DNA from: Candidatus Poribacteria bacterium | GTDB lineage: Bacteria > Poribacteria > WGA-4E > WGA-3G | Assembly: GCA_963663765.2 (NCBI GenBank) | Contig: CAXXUA010000004.1 | Coordinates: forward strand, 480,001 to 544,000 | Reading direction: 5' to 3' | Length of the DNA stretch: 64,000 nucleotides | Part shown: positions 40,758-50,567 of the stretch, piece by piece | Layout: each line of letters starts with the position of its first letter | Numbering within the stretch: position 1 is the first letter of the stretch | Made by a program: the position numbers and the translations under genes | The notes under the pieces: generated by a model | What the model was told of the DNA's origin: nothing | Databases searched by the model: none | What the model saw: only the letters and a program-made list of their open reading frames with translations

Positions 40758-41690
40758 CTAATGTTTATTTTCTCTTTGTTTTAATACAATTTCCTGTGCT
40801 TCTATCAGCAACTTTTGAATCTCTTTGATGTCGTTCTTTTCTAACAGTGCCTTGAATTCAATCATATTTTCAACCATCATATCAATATGTGAAATAAGAA
40901 CCTTTCTGTTCTGTAGGAAAATTCCAGACCACAATTCTGCAGAACCAGCAGCGATTCGCGTTGTATCCCGAAAACCCGTAGCCGTGAAGTCTAATGCATT
41001 CCCTCCTTGAGTGCCGACATTTGCAACTGTTCTTGCAAGGACACTTGCAGTCAAATGTGGCAGATGGCTTGCAGCACCAATGATGATATCGTGTTCCTTA
41101 GGTGAGCATATATACACATCCGAACCAACAAATTCCCATAGTTTTCTTACCAACTCTAATGCGTCAGCATCTGTGTCCTCAGTTGGCGTTAATATACAAT
41201 GAGCGTTTTCAAATAGATTGGCACGTGACGCATCAACTCCTGACTGATGCGAACCTGCCATCGGATGACCCCCAACAAAGGATATACCAAAAGACTCTGT
41301 ATCGTTTATCTGCCTTTCAACAGCATCTACAATAACTGATTTCGTGCTACCGACATCAGTAACCACCAGACTTTTCTGTTGTTTTCCAATCAACTCAATA
41401 ATCTCGGATACAAACATTGGTACAAGTGTAACAGGAGGACAAAGTACAATTAAATCACTTTCTTGGATTGCATAAGATAAATCAGTCGTTATATCATCTA
41501 CAGCATCAAGTTGTTTAGCTTTTTCAAGTCTACCGATATTCCGTCCTAATCCAATACGATGTCCCTGAAATCCGTTCCTTTTCAGTGATAGACCAAGCGA
41601 CCCACCTATTAAACCGACACCCCATATCGTTACCTGCCGCAGTTCATGTATATTTTGTGTAGTTACTTTCGGTTTAGATTTAGCAAACAT
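40758..41690 (-). CDS. tyrA: Prephenate/arogenate dehydrogenase
   Basis: GVGLIGGS, DVGSTK, GHPMAG, SHLPH, GFRDTTRIA. Confidence 0.92.
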   Translation of the reverse strand: MFAKSKPKVTTQNIHELRQVTIWGVGLIGGSLGLSLKRNGFQGHRIGLGRNIGRLEKAKQLDAVDDITTDLSYAIQESDLIVLCPPVTLVPMFVSEIIELIGKQQKSLVVTDVGSTKSVIVDAVERQINDTESFGISFVGGHPMAGSHQSGVDASRANLFENAHCILTPTEDTDADALELVRKLWEFVGSDVYICSPKEHDIIIGAASHLPHLTASVLARTVANVGTQGGNALDFTATGFRDTTRIAAGSAELWSGIFLQNRKVLISHIDMMVENMIEFKALLEKNDIKEIQKLLIEAQEIVLKQRENKH

Positions 41691-41863
41691 ACAGCAGAAT
41701 TCCTAAAGTTGAGTTTATTCAATTCTATGTTAAAACTTATCAATGTGTCAAGTGAAATCATCAAGCAAATTATTCCTATTTTTCAAAATATCCTTGAAGA
41801 ATTATACACCAACTGATAGAATAAAATAGATTTTTTCCTCAACTGATTTCAATTTTTGTAAAG

Positions 41864-43849
41864 ATGAAAATGGACACAATAAAAGAAGCACGTTACAATC
41901 TTGGGATTGCATATTTAGACGATGCACAGTATAAAGAAGCAATATCTGAATTTGATGCTATCATCAAGATGGATTCAGAATTCATTGATGCGCATTGTGG
42001 ACTCTGCCGCGCTTATTTAGGATTGAATGAACTGGATAACGCGGAAGATACTGCCAAAACAGCAATAGCATTGAATTCTGATTATGCACCAGCAATTTCA
42101 TTGATTGATGAGATAACAAATGGTCACTACAATAACGGTATAACCAATTTAAACAATCAAAGATACTATGATGCTGTTACCACTTTTCAAAAAGTCACCT
42201 CCTTGAAATCAGATTACAAAGAGGTTAACTATTATCTTGGACGCACCTATATTGAACTTAAGCAATTTGACAATGCCATTAGTTTTCTACAATCCGCATT
42301 AGATTCAGGCAAAGCAATGAACGATGTTCATTATCATCTTGGTCGCGTTTATGTTGAACAAAGAGAATTTGACAAAGCAATTCATCATCTTGAACAATCC
42401 ATCCAATATGACCCAAATCTCAAAGAAGCACACTACAATCTCGCGCATGCTTATAGAGAAACCGGGAATTTAGAAGCCGCAACCAATGCCGCAAATGAAA
42501 CATTAAGATTAGATTCAAACTATCAACCAATCCATAATCTTGTAGAAGGAATAAAACAGACACACTATAACAAGGGTATCGCATATCTTAAGGATGAACG
42601 ATATAGCGATGCTGTCGCATCATTTCAAAATGTAATAACACTTGATTCAGGTTATACTGCAGCACAATTTAATCTCGGTATTGCATACCTGAAATTGGAA
42701 AACTACTCGCGTGCTGTTGATGTACTGCAGAAAACAATCAGCCTTGACCGGACACATAAAGCCGCATACCATGCACTCGCCCTCGCACATTTCGGGCAGC
42801 ATGAGTTAGAAAAAGCAAGAAACGCTGCAAAAGAAGCATTAGATATTGATCCAAATTATCAACCGGTACGTTCATTTTTAGAAGCAATTGACCCCACTTT
42901 CACACATTTAACTATACCTAATACTAAAGAACCGGATGATGCTATCAAGTCAACAGATATAGACGACACTGGTGAAAAAACCCAAACTGCGGATGAAATA
43001 ATAGAGGAAATTGATGAAGATAACCCAATTGAAAAAGATACTCAACCGACACAAAAAACAACAAATCCCCAGAAAACCTCTGATGAAAATCCTGATATTT
43101 CAAAGGAATTATATCGTGGTAAGATATATTTAAACAGTAGTCAATATAACCAAGCTGTAGATGCATTTAAACGGATAATAAAAACAGATCCAAATTGTAT
43201 TGATGCGTACTACGGTTTGGGAAAGGCATATTTAGAGAGCGGCGCATTTGATGATGCAAAAGCTGCTGCTGAAGCAGCGTTACAACTAAATCCTCAGCAT
43301 CAACCTTCACGCGAACTACTGCGGGGGATTAAATACATTGAGAATTTGAATAGGAAACAGAAAAAAAGAAGAAAAATTGTCATTGTAGGTCTAATCGTAT
43401 TGTTAACTGCTTTTGCTGCGTTTGCAGCGTATAGTTTTGTGATTATCCCATTTATGAAACAGAGTAAACCAAGAGAAAATGGTCCCATCACTCCAAAATT
43501 ATCTGTCAATTCTAAATTAGTAGAACAATCAGGTAATGGATTCATTGATGCTGGTGAAGAAGCTCAATTAATCTTAACAGTCTCAAACAAAGGTAGTATA
43601 GCAAAAAATGTTAAGATCATGTTAAATTCAATGTCATTCAAGGGTTTAGAATTTGATTTATCAGAAAACAGGTATGATATTAAAACAAATAAAATTATCA
43701 GAATACCGATTACTGCAGATAGAAACTTGAAGGGATATAGAAAGACCTTAGATGTTGATATGCTGGATAACAAAGGAAAAACGCTTGCAGAAACAAGTAT
43801 ATCAATCGTGACGCAACCAAAAGTACCAGGGCCTGACCCCCAAAGATAA
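41864..43849 (+). CDS. TPR-repeat protein with a C-terminal TM helix and Ig-like domain
   Basis: Many AxYNLG/YHLG TPR motifs, a hydrophobic segment after KKRRK, and GNGFIDAGEEAQLILTVSNKG. Confidence 0.85.
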   Translation: MKMDTIKEARYNLGIAYLDDAQYKEAISEFDAIIKMDSEFIDAHCGLCRAYLGLNELDNAEDTAKTAIALNSDYAPAISLIDEITNGHYNNGITNLNNQRYYDAVTTFQKVTSLKSDYKEVNYYLGRTYIELKQFDNAISFLQSALDSGKAMNDVHYHLGRVYVEQREFDKAIHHLEQSIQYDPNLKEAHYNLAHAYRETGNLEAATNAANETLRLDSNYQPIHNLVEGIKQTHYNKGIAYLKDERYSDAVASFQNVITLDSGYTAAQFNLGIAYLKLENYSRAVDVLQKTISLDRTHKAAYHALALAHFGQHELEKARNAAKEALDIDPNYQPVRSFLEAIDPTFTHLTIPNTKEPDDAIKSTDIDDTGEKTQTADEIIEEIDEDNPIEKDTQPTQKTTNPQKTSDENPDISKELYRGKIYLNSSQYNQAVDAFKRIIKTDPNCIDAYYGLGKAYLESGAFDDAKAAAEAALQLNPQHQPSRELLRGIKYIENLNRKQKKRRKIVIVGLIVLLTAFAAFAAYSFVIIPFMKQSKPRENGPITPKLSVNSKLVEQSGNGFIDAGEEAQLILTVSNKGSIAKNVKIMLNSMSFKGLEFDLSENRYDIKTNKIIRIPITADRNLKGYRKTLDVDMLDNKGKTLAETSISIVTQPKVPGPDPQR

Positions 43850-43863
43850 AGGAGTCAATAACT

Positions 43864-45762
43864 ATGGAATCAAGAGATTGGGGAATTATCGGTGGAGCAG
43901 TACTTGTACTTGGATTATTATACTTTTTTATGGGTAGTTCAAAGAGTGTGGAAGTTCACTATCAAGATGCTGAAAACTTATATAAGCACAGAAATTACAA
44001 GCAAGCCATAGAAAATTATAACAAAGCAATTAAGCTGTCTAAGAAAATTGGTACCAGATCTGAAATAATTGATAGAGATTTTCCCGCTTTAGCGAACTAC
44101 AAAATTGCACTTTGTTATGACAAACTCGCTGAGACAACAAAAGAGGGGAATTATCATGAAAAAGCAATATCGCATATTCGAAAAACGTTAAATGAAACGG
44201 ATGCTTACAAACACAGAGAAAACTTATACTATCTCTGGGCACAAGTACTGTACAAAAGCAACAGTTTTCAAGAGGCAGAAGCAAAATTCTCATATTTTAT
44301 TAATGAATATCCAAATAGTATAAATGTTGTAGAAGCTCTAAATTACATTGGTACGATAAATCTTAATTCCGCTAACAACTCAAAAGCACAAGCAGCTTTT
44401 AACAGAATCATAGATGAATTTCCTACTTCAAAATATCGTAATGATGCTGAAAACCATGTCGCTCAATTGTTAGTTGAAAATAAAAATATTCCGCTCCCAT
44501 ATCCAGAAGATGAGAAAATGTACACTGCTGCCCTTGAGGAATTCAAAAAGAATGCACACTATGAAGCATATAGACTTTTCTTCACTATTATAAAACAGTA
44601 TCCTAATAGTAAATATGTTACTTTTGCCTATGAGGGAATCGGAGATATTTATTCTGAAGCAGAAAATTTTGTTAAAGCGAGAGAGTTCTATGATAATGCC
44701 AAGAATAAGACATCTGACATAAATAGAATTGATAAGTTAGGAAATAAGAAAGATCGTACCTTTCTTGTTCCAGCGACATCAGATTTAAAAATTCAACCAA
44801 AACTAAATTCGGAAATGTTCATAAAACCAATACTACTCCGAAAAGAAGGTAAATACTTTGAAGCCGCACTTTTATTTGAACAACTTTCAAAGAGTGAAAT
44901 ACCCTCTGAAGATGTAATATATGCACTCTATTGGGGTGGTTACTGTTATTATAAGTATTATAAGGTTGATACGTTAGATCAAAATATGTTAAGCAAATCT
45001 GCTGAGTTATTCAGTAGAATCACAAGAGAATATGGAGATAGATTAGAAAGTACACAAACATACTATTATCTTGCTTCTGTATATTCAGACTGGGGTAAAA
45101 TACTTGGTGGTGACATATCAAAATATCAATTGGTTATCCAAACTGTGAATATGGCAGAGGAGAAATTTGGTGATAATCTGAATTCATCTGATCAGAAATG
45201 GATGAGGGAAATGAAAAAATTCAAACAGGAAGCACTAACAAAAATTGATCCGCCTGAACCTTCCGAACCAGATTCTGTTCCGGTTATAGTAAATTTAGTA
45301 AGCGAAGGATACAAATTTCTAAATCAAGGTAATCTTGACTCTGCAGAAAAGATGGCATTAGATGCTTTGAATGCGGATCGTAATAATAAAAGAGCGTATC
45401 AGCTATTATCCGACATAAAAACTAAACACTATGATTTAGGTTGGGATTTTCTTGATGCAGAAGAATACAAAGCGGCAATTGCTAAGTTTGAAAATTGTAT
45501 AAGAATAGATCCTGAATTTAAAAAAGCATATTGTAACTTAGGAGTGACTTTCATATATCAAGAAGAATATAGTAAAGCTATAAATGAACTTAATATGGCT
45601 ATATACATTGACTCAGAGTACAAAGAAGCTTATTTCAATATTGGTCTTGCCTATTTAAGACTCGGTATGTTTGATAACGCAAAAAATGCTGCGGAAAAAG
45701 CATTAGAAATCGATCCTAAATATGAAGCAGCAAGAGTTCTAAGGAATTCAATCGCAGATTAA
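43864..45762 (+). CDS. Membrane-anchored TPR protein (BamD/YbgF-like repeats)
   Basis: N-terminal TM; repeated YPNS/FPTS motifs and C-terminal TPRs. Confidence 0.8.
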   Translation: MESRDWGIIGGAVLVLGLLYFFMGSSKSVEVHYQDAENLYKHRNYKQAIENYNKAIKLSKKIGTRSEIIDRDFPALANYKIALCYDKLAETTKEGNYHEKAISHIRKTLNETDAYKHRENLYYLWAQVLYKSNSFQEAEAKFSYFINEYPNSINVVEALNYIGTINLNSANNSKAQAAFNRIIDEFPTSKYRNDAENHVAQLLVENKNIPLPYPEDEKMYTAALEEFKKNAHYEAYRLFFTIIKQYPNSKYVTFAYEGIGDIYSEAENFVKAREFYDNAKNKTSDINRIDKLGNKKDRTFLVPATSDLKIQPKLNSEMFIKPILLRKEGKYFEAALLFEQLSKSEIPSEDVIYALYWGGYCYYKYYKVDTLDQNMLSKSAELFSRITREYGDRLESTQTYYYLASVYSDWGKILGGDISKYQLVIQTVNMAEEKFGDNLNSSDQKWMREMKKFKQEALTKIDPPEPSEPDSVPVIVNLVSEGYKFLNQGNLDSAEKMALDALNADRNNKRAYQLLSDIKTKHYDLGWDFLDAEEYKAAIAKFENCIRIDPEFKKAYCNLGVTFIYQEEYSKAINELNMAIYIDSEYKEAYFNIGLAYLRLGMFDNAKNAAEKALEIDPKYEAARVLRNSIAD

Positions 45763-45861
45763 CACTCCATTTTGCAACAAATATATTTACAAAAAGACTT
45801 ATTTAGATACATTAGATCATCAAATAGATTCTAATCATAATCCATTTAAGGAGTTCACTCA

Positions 45862-48345
45862 ATGCATAAATATTACAAATTTTTCGTTGTATTTCTATTA
45901 ATAGTTTTTACACCTTTACATACAGTGAATAGTCAAGAGGCAACACGGTATAATTTACCAGATGGTGCAATTGAACGTTTTGGAAAAGGTTGGGTTAGAG
46001 ACATAGAATTTTCTCCAAATGGAGAGAAATTTGCTGTAGCTACTACAATTGGTATTTTGATTTACGACAGTCGCACTGGTCAAGAAAAAATCTTAATTGA
46101 AGATTCAATGAGTTCCGGAGCTGAAGCACTCTCATATTCACCAACTGGTAATATCCTTGCAGTTGCTCATGAAGATTATACTATACGTCTATGGAATCCA
46201 AACTTTCAAAACCAGCAAAAACCAATCCCTACATTAAGAGGACATACAGACAGAATTCTCGCAATTAGATTCTCACCTGATGGGAAAATATTAGCAAGTG
46301 CAAGTGCAGACAGTTCTATTCGCCTTTGGAATCCGTATGGTCTTACTGATGAAGATAAACTCATAGCAATATTACCTTATAAAGCACCAGTTCGAGCAAT
46401 AGCATTCTCACCTGATAACCAACTGTTGGTGGGAGGGAGCGACGATGGAAAAATTCAAGTATGGGATTCTGGTACTGGTGATCTAATCTATAACTTCAAA
46501 GGACATGAAGAAGCTGTCCAAGCTGTCGATTTCTCAACGACTCGAACTGAACTTGCAAGTGCAGGAATTAATGGAAGAGTATTCTTGTGGAGTTTAATTG
46601 GAGAAGGTGTAAGACAAAACACCACTATACAACACAATACGGATATTTATGATTTGAAATTTTCTCCTGATGGTAATATACTTGCAACTGGTGCTGCTGA
46701 CAGATTAATTAGAATATGGAACAAGAATGCTCCAAATAAAAACACACCCCTAAAAGGACACGAAGACATTGTTTCCAATTTAGATTTCTCACCCGATGGT
46801 ACGGCGATCGTGAGCGGTAGTCCTGATGGAAGAATTCTTTTTTGGGATAGAATTGGTGAGCGAATTCGATATAAAATACTCGGACATACGGGAGGTATAA
46901 AAGCGTTAACCTACACAAACGATAACCGTATCCGAGCATGTGGCGCGGGCATAGATGGAAAACTACGTATATGGGATGCTGGGACCAGTAGCTCACTTTC
47001 AATTCTTCGTGAACATATTGGACTTACACAGGCAGTTACATTCTCAAACGATGGAAAAACCATTGCATCCGGCGGCAGTCAGGATGGAACTATTTTCTTA
47101 TCTAATGTATCTAAAGTCCTTGAATCAAGAGTTGAATTTAATGATGATAGTTTACTCAAGATATTAACCGGAAATAGACACGGAATCACTGCACTTGCGA
47201 TTACACCAGAAAATAAAACGATTGCAACAGGGGGCGATGATGGGAGAATACACATAATTGACCATGAATCTAATAAGAAATTGGTAGAACTGAAGGGACC
47301 TCAGTACAGGATTTCTGCATTGACATTTGGACTTGATAGTACCCGTCTATTCAGCGGCGAAGAAAACGGAACCGTTCGACAATGGAACAGCCTTACAGGA
47401 GAAGAAATTGGTGACGGTTTTAACGGTTCTTTTGGTGCAATTTCTGCTTTAGCATACTCGACTATCAGTAAATATCTTGCTGTTGGTGATAGAAATGGTA
47501 AGATACAATTCTATAATCCTGTCACTAATAACAGAAAAAAGATGGAATTCCAAACTCCACATCGCAGTAAAGTAACCGTTCTCATTTTTTCTAAAGACGG
47601 TAATACATTGGTGAGTGGTAGCGAAAACGGTACCATCATTCTGTGGGATATGAAAAGGGTCAATCATAGTCCTGAAGAAGTTGCTAAAATTGCGCCAAAA
47701 GGTAGAATCCATCCCATAAATGAACGAATAAACATTCCTAACAAGAATGAATTGACTGCAACAAAAATCGCTAAGATAGCTCGCTCTGCAACAGTAAATA
47801 TAATTACGCTTAATGTTAACAAAGATACTATAGGACAAGGAAGTGGATTTTTCATTAGTAATAACAAAATCGCAACTAACTATCATGTGGTTGATGGCGC
47901 GTCTTCAATATATGTTCGAATAGTTGACAAAGAAAGGTTGTACCGTGTAGAAAGTATCGTTGCTACGGACAAACCGCATGATCTTGCTATTTTAAAAGTT
48001 ACTGGTATAACTGTTCCAGTACTGACACTTGCTAATAGTGATAGTATTGAAATTGGTGAAAATGTCTACGCTGTGGGGAATCCTGGAGGATTAGAAGGCA
48101 CATTTTCACAGGGGATTATAAGCAGTATCCGCGGAAAAAATCCTAACAAATGGATCCAAATTACTGCAGCAATTTCACCAGGAAGTAGTGGTGGTGCTGT
48201 TCTCAACAGTAAAGGTGAAGTAATTGGAATAGCAACATCAGCGCACTTCAATATTGATCCAAAATTGAAAGTTAATCGTTCTCAAAATATAAATTTCGCA
48301 GTTCCTTCAAATTACCTAAAAACATTGCTTAGTAAAGTAAAATGA
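45862..48345 (+). CDS. Secreted WD40 protein fused to a trypsin-like (S1) serine protease domain
   Basis: WD40 repeats, then GSGFF, TNYHVV, DLAIL, ISPGSSGG (catalytic H/D/S). Confidence 0.88.
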   Translation: MHKYYKFFVVFLLIVFTPLHTVNSQEATRYNLPDGAIERFGKGWVRDIEFSPNGEKFAVATTIGILIYDSRTGQEKILIEDSMSSGAEALSYSPTGNILAVAHEDYTIRLWNPNFQNQQKPIPTLRGHTDRILAIRFSPDGKILASASADSSIRLWNPYGLTDEDKLIAILPYKAPVRAIAFSPDNQLLVGGSDDGKIQVWDSGTGDLIYNFKGHEEAVQAVDFSTTRTELASAGINGRVFLWSLIGEGVRQNTTIQHNTDIYDLKFSPDGNILATGAADRLIRIWNKNAPNKNTPLKGHEDIVSNLDFSPDGTAIVSGSPDGRILFWDRIGERIRYKILGHTGGIKALTYTNDNRIRACGAGIDGKLRIWDAGTSSSLSILREHIGLTQAVTFSNDGKTIASGGSQDGTIFLSNVSKVLESRVEFNDDSLLKILTGNRHGITALAITPENKTIATGGDDGRIHIIDHESNKKLVELKGPQYRISALTFGLDSTRLFSGEENGTVRQWNSLTGEEIGDGFNGSFGAISALAYSTISKYLAVGDRNGKIQFYNPVTNNRKKMEFQTPHRSKVTVLIFSKDGNTLVSGSENGTIILWDMKRVNHSPEEVAKIAPKGRIHPINERINIPNKNELTATKIAKIARSATVNIITLNVNKDTIGQGSGFFISNNKIATNYHVVDGASSIYVRIVDKERLYRVESIVATDKPHDLAILKVTGITVPVLTLANSDSIEIGENVYAVGNPGGLEGTFSQGIISSIRGKNPNKWIQITAAISPGSSGGAVLNSKGEVIGIATSAHFNIDPKLKVNRSQNINFAVPSNYLKTLLSKVK

Positions 48346-48356
48346 ACCTTAAAACA

Positions 48357-48402
48357 ATCAAAGGTAGAGTTGGATGTTTATCATTCCTACTCTACCTTTG
48401 AT
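48357..48402. terminator. Bidirectional terminator hairpin
   Basis: ATCAAAGGTAGAGT...ACTCTACCTTTGAT between convergent genes. Confidence 0.7.
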
Positions 48403-48441
48403 ACAGATTCTCTGAAATTATAGTTTTTTAGTACATCTACA

Positions 48442-49212
48442 CTACTCCTTAATCACAAAGAACTTCTCCTCCTTAATCTGTTCTTCTGAGAACCGCGCAC
48501 GCGTCCATATCGCCTTAGAATTCTCAATCATCTGTGGATGTCCGCATGCATACACAACCGAATTTGTATGGTCAAAACCCATCTGATCCCCATATTTCCG
48601 TATAACATCCTCTGCACGTCCACTTTCACCTTCCCAATCTGTATCTTCCCAAGGACGACTCACCGTCGGAACAAACGAAAACCACTCCTCCTGTGCAGCA
48701 AGCTCATTCATTTCATCCATATAATACCCCAGTTCCCATGAACGACTCGCACCAACAATCACAAGAATCTGATGTGGACTTGATTTTCCCTGTTCCTGCT
48801 CAATTTTCTGAGTGCGTGCAATACTAATATAGGGTGCAGCTCCAGTGACCGTACCTGCCATTACGTGACGCGTCATACCGCTTTCCGTATCCATTACAAA
48901 CTTTCCAACAAGACGATCCCTAATGAACACTTTATCACCAAGTTTCAATTCCCAAAACAGAGGAGTCGTCGCACCCTCAGGCACCAGCTCCACAAATACT
49001 TCCATAAATGGTTCGTGCGGAGACGAGACAATTGAATAGGGACGTTGTACAATCTTTTCATTAATCTCAAATCCAATTGTAGCATATTGTCCCGGAATGA
49101 AAGGGAGTTGTTGGTCAGTCTTGAATTTAAAAGCAGCTAAATCTTCCGAAAAATCTTCACGTTCAATAAGTTCACCCATACAGTAACGCGATCTGGAACT
49201 TCTTCTTTGCAT
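48442..49212 (-). CDS. fpr: Ferredoxin--NADP+ reductase (bacterial FPR type)
   Basis: PGQY, RPYSIVS, TGAAPY, YACGHPQMI, EEKF. Confidence 0.85.
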   Translation of the reverse strand: MQRRSSRSRYCMGELIEREDFSEDLAAFKFKTDQQLPFIPGQYATIGFEINEKIVQRPYSIVSSPHEPFMEVFVELVPEGATTPLFWELKLGDKVFIRDRLVGKFVMDTESGMTRHVMAGTVTGAAPYISIARTQKIEQEQGKSSPHQILVIVGASRSWELGYYMDEMNELAAQEEWFSFVPTVSRPWEDTDWEGESGRAEDVIRKYGDQMGFDHTNSVVYACGHPQMIENSKAIWTRARFSEEQIKEEKFFVIKE

Positions 49213-49557
49213 ATTCTCTTCCTTGATAGTTTTAGTTTGTGGTTTCTATTTACCTCCCATATATTATACTTAAAACACTATTCTTTATCAAATATTTTTT
49301 AACAGGGTTATTAAGTTTTCCTAATGTTCAGATTATATAAAAAGAGAAATCCCCTCGGTAGGAGCAACCTACCGGTCGCGATTTACACATCTAACGCGTA
49401 AAACGCGTAAAACTAAATAAACCTGATTTATTAATAACAGGACATACGTAAAAACGGTAGGCGCGCTTTGATGAAGATAAAAAAATACTTGGGTAATTCT
49501 CCTAATCCAGCCACGGTAGGCGTGCTTTGTAAACGAGTGGACACATCAAGTCCTAAG

Positions 49558-50193
49558 AGCGCGCTTACAAAGCACGCCTACAATCGGGGGCGCGCTTACA
49601 AAGCACGCCTACAATCGGGGACGCGCTTACAAAGCACGCATACAATCGGAGACGCGCTTACAAAGCACGCCTACAATCGGGGACGCGCTTACAAACCACG
49701 CCTACAATCGGGCGCGCTTACAAAGCACGCATACAATCGGGGACGCGCTTACAAACCACGCCTACAATCGGGCGCGCGCTTACAAACCACGCATACAACC
49801 GGGGACGCGCTTACAAACCACGCATACAATCGGGGACGCGCTTACAAACCACGCATACCAGCGGGGACGCGCTTACAAACCACGCATACAATCGGGGACG
49901 CGCTTACAAACCACGCATACAATCGGGGACGCGCTTACAAACCACGCATACAATCGGGGACGCGCTTACAAACCACGCATACCAGCGGGGACGCGCTTAC
50001 AAACCACGCATACAATCGGGGACGCGCTTACAAACCACGCATACAATCGGGGACGCGCTTACAAACCACGCATACAATCGGGGACGCGCTTACAAACCAC
50101 GCATACAATCGGGGACGCGCTTACAAACCACGCATACCAGCGGGGACGCGCTTACAAACCACGCATACAATCGGGGACGCGCTTACAAAGCAC
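49558..50193 (-). repeat. Tandem array of 21 REP-like 31-bp units
   Basis: Unit GGGGACGCGCTTACAAACCACGCATACAATC. The reverse complement of the leftmost copies is GTAG followed by a GCGTGCTT-TGT-AAGCGCGC hairpin; no unique spacers. Confidence 0.92.
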
Positions 50194-50567
50194 CAAATCA
50201 ACGGTATGAATCATGGAGCATGCCACACGCGCATGCTTCCTTAGGCATTCCCCGCCTAACGTCTGAAAAATATTTATTACCCGATTAATAAATTAATCTT
50301 CATACGGGATAATAAATTAATCTTCATACGGGAGTAAAAAGCGATGTTTATGTTTCAATAATCTAAAATTGATGTATAAAGTTCGGTTAGGAAAATGTAC
50401 CTGTGTATTAACTTTCAGTAATTCTCAATAACAGAAAACTCTTAAAACTGAATAACCTTGCGAGATTGCCATATTACTTGAGAACTAATAAACACTATGA
50501 TATACTTTAGCACAATTGAAGTGAAACAAAACCGTAGGATCTCAACCACCCATAAAGGAATCTATAG

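Noticed and set aside
49558-50193. CRISPR array
   Set aside because: Units are contiguous near-identical 31-mers with no unique spacers, and there are no cas genes in the window.
49468-50244. 258-aa repetitive ORF
   Set aside because: It is only a translation of the 31-bp REP array (period not a multiple of 3), with a TTG start and no RBS.
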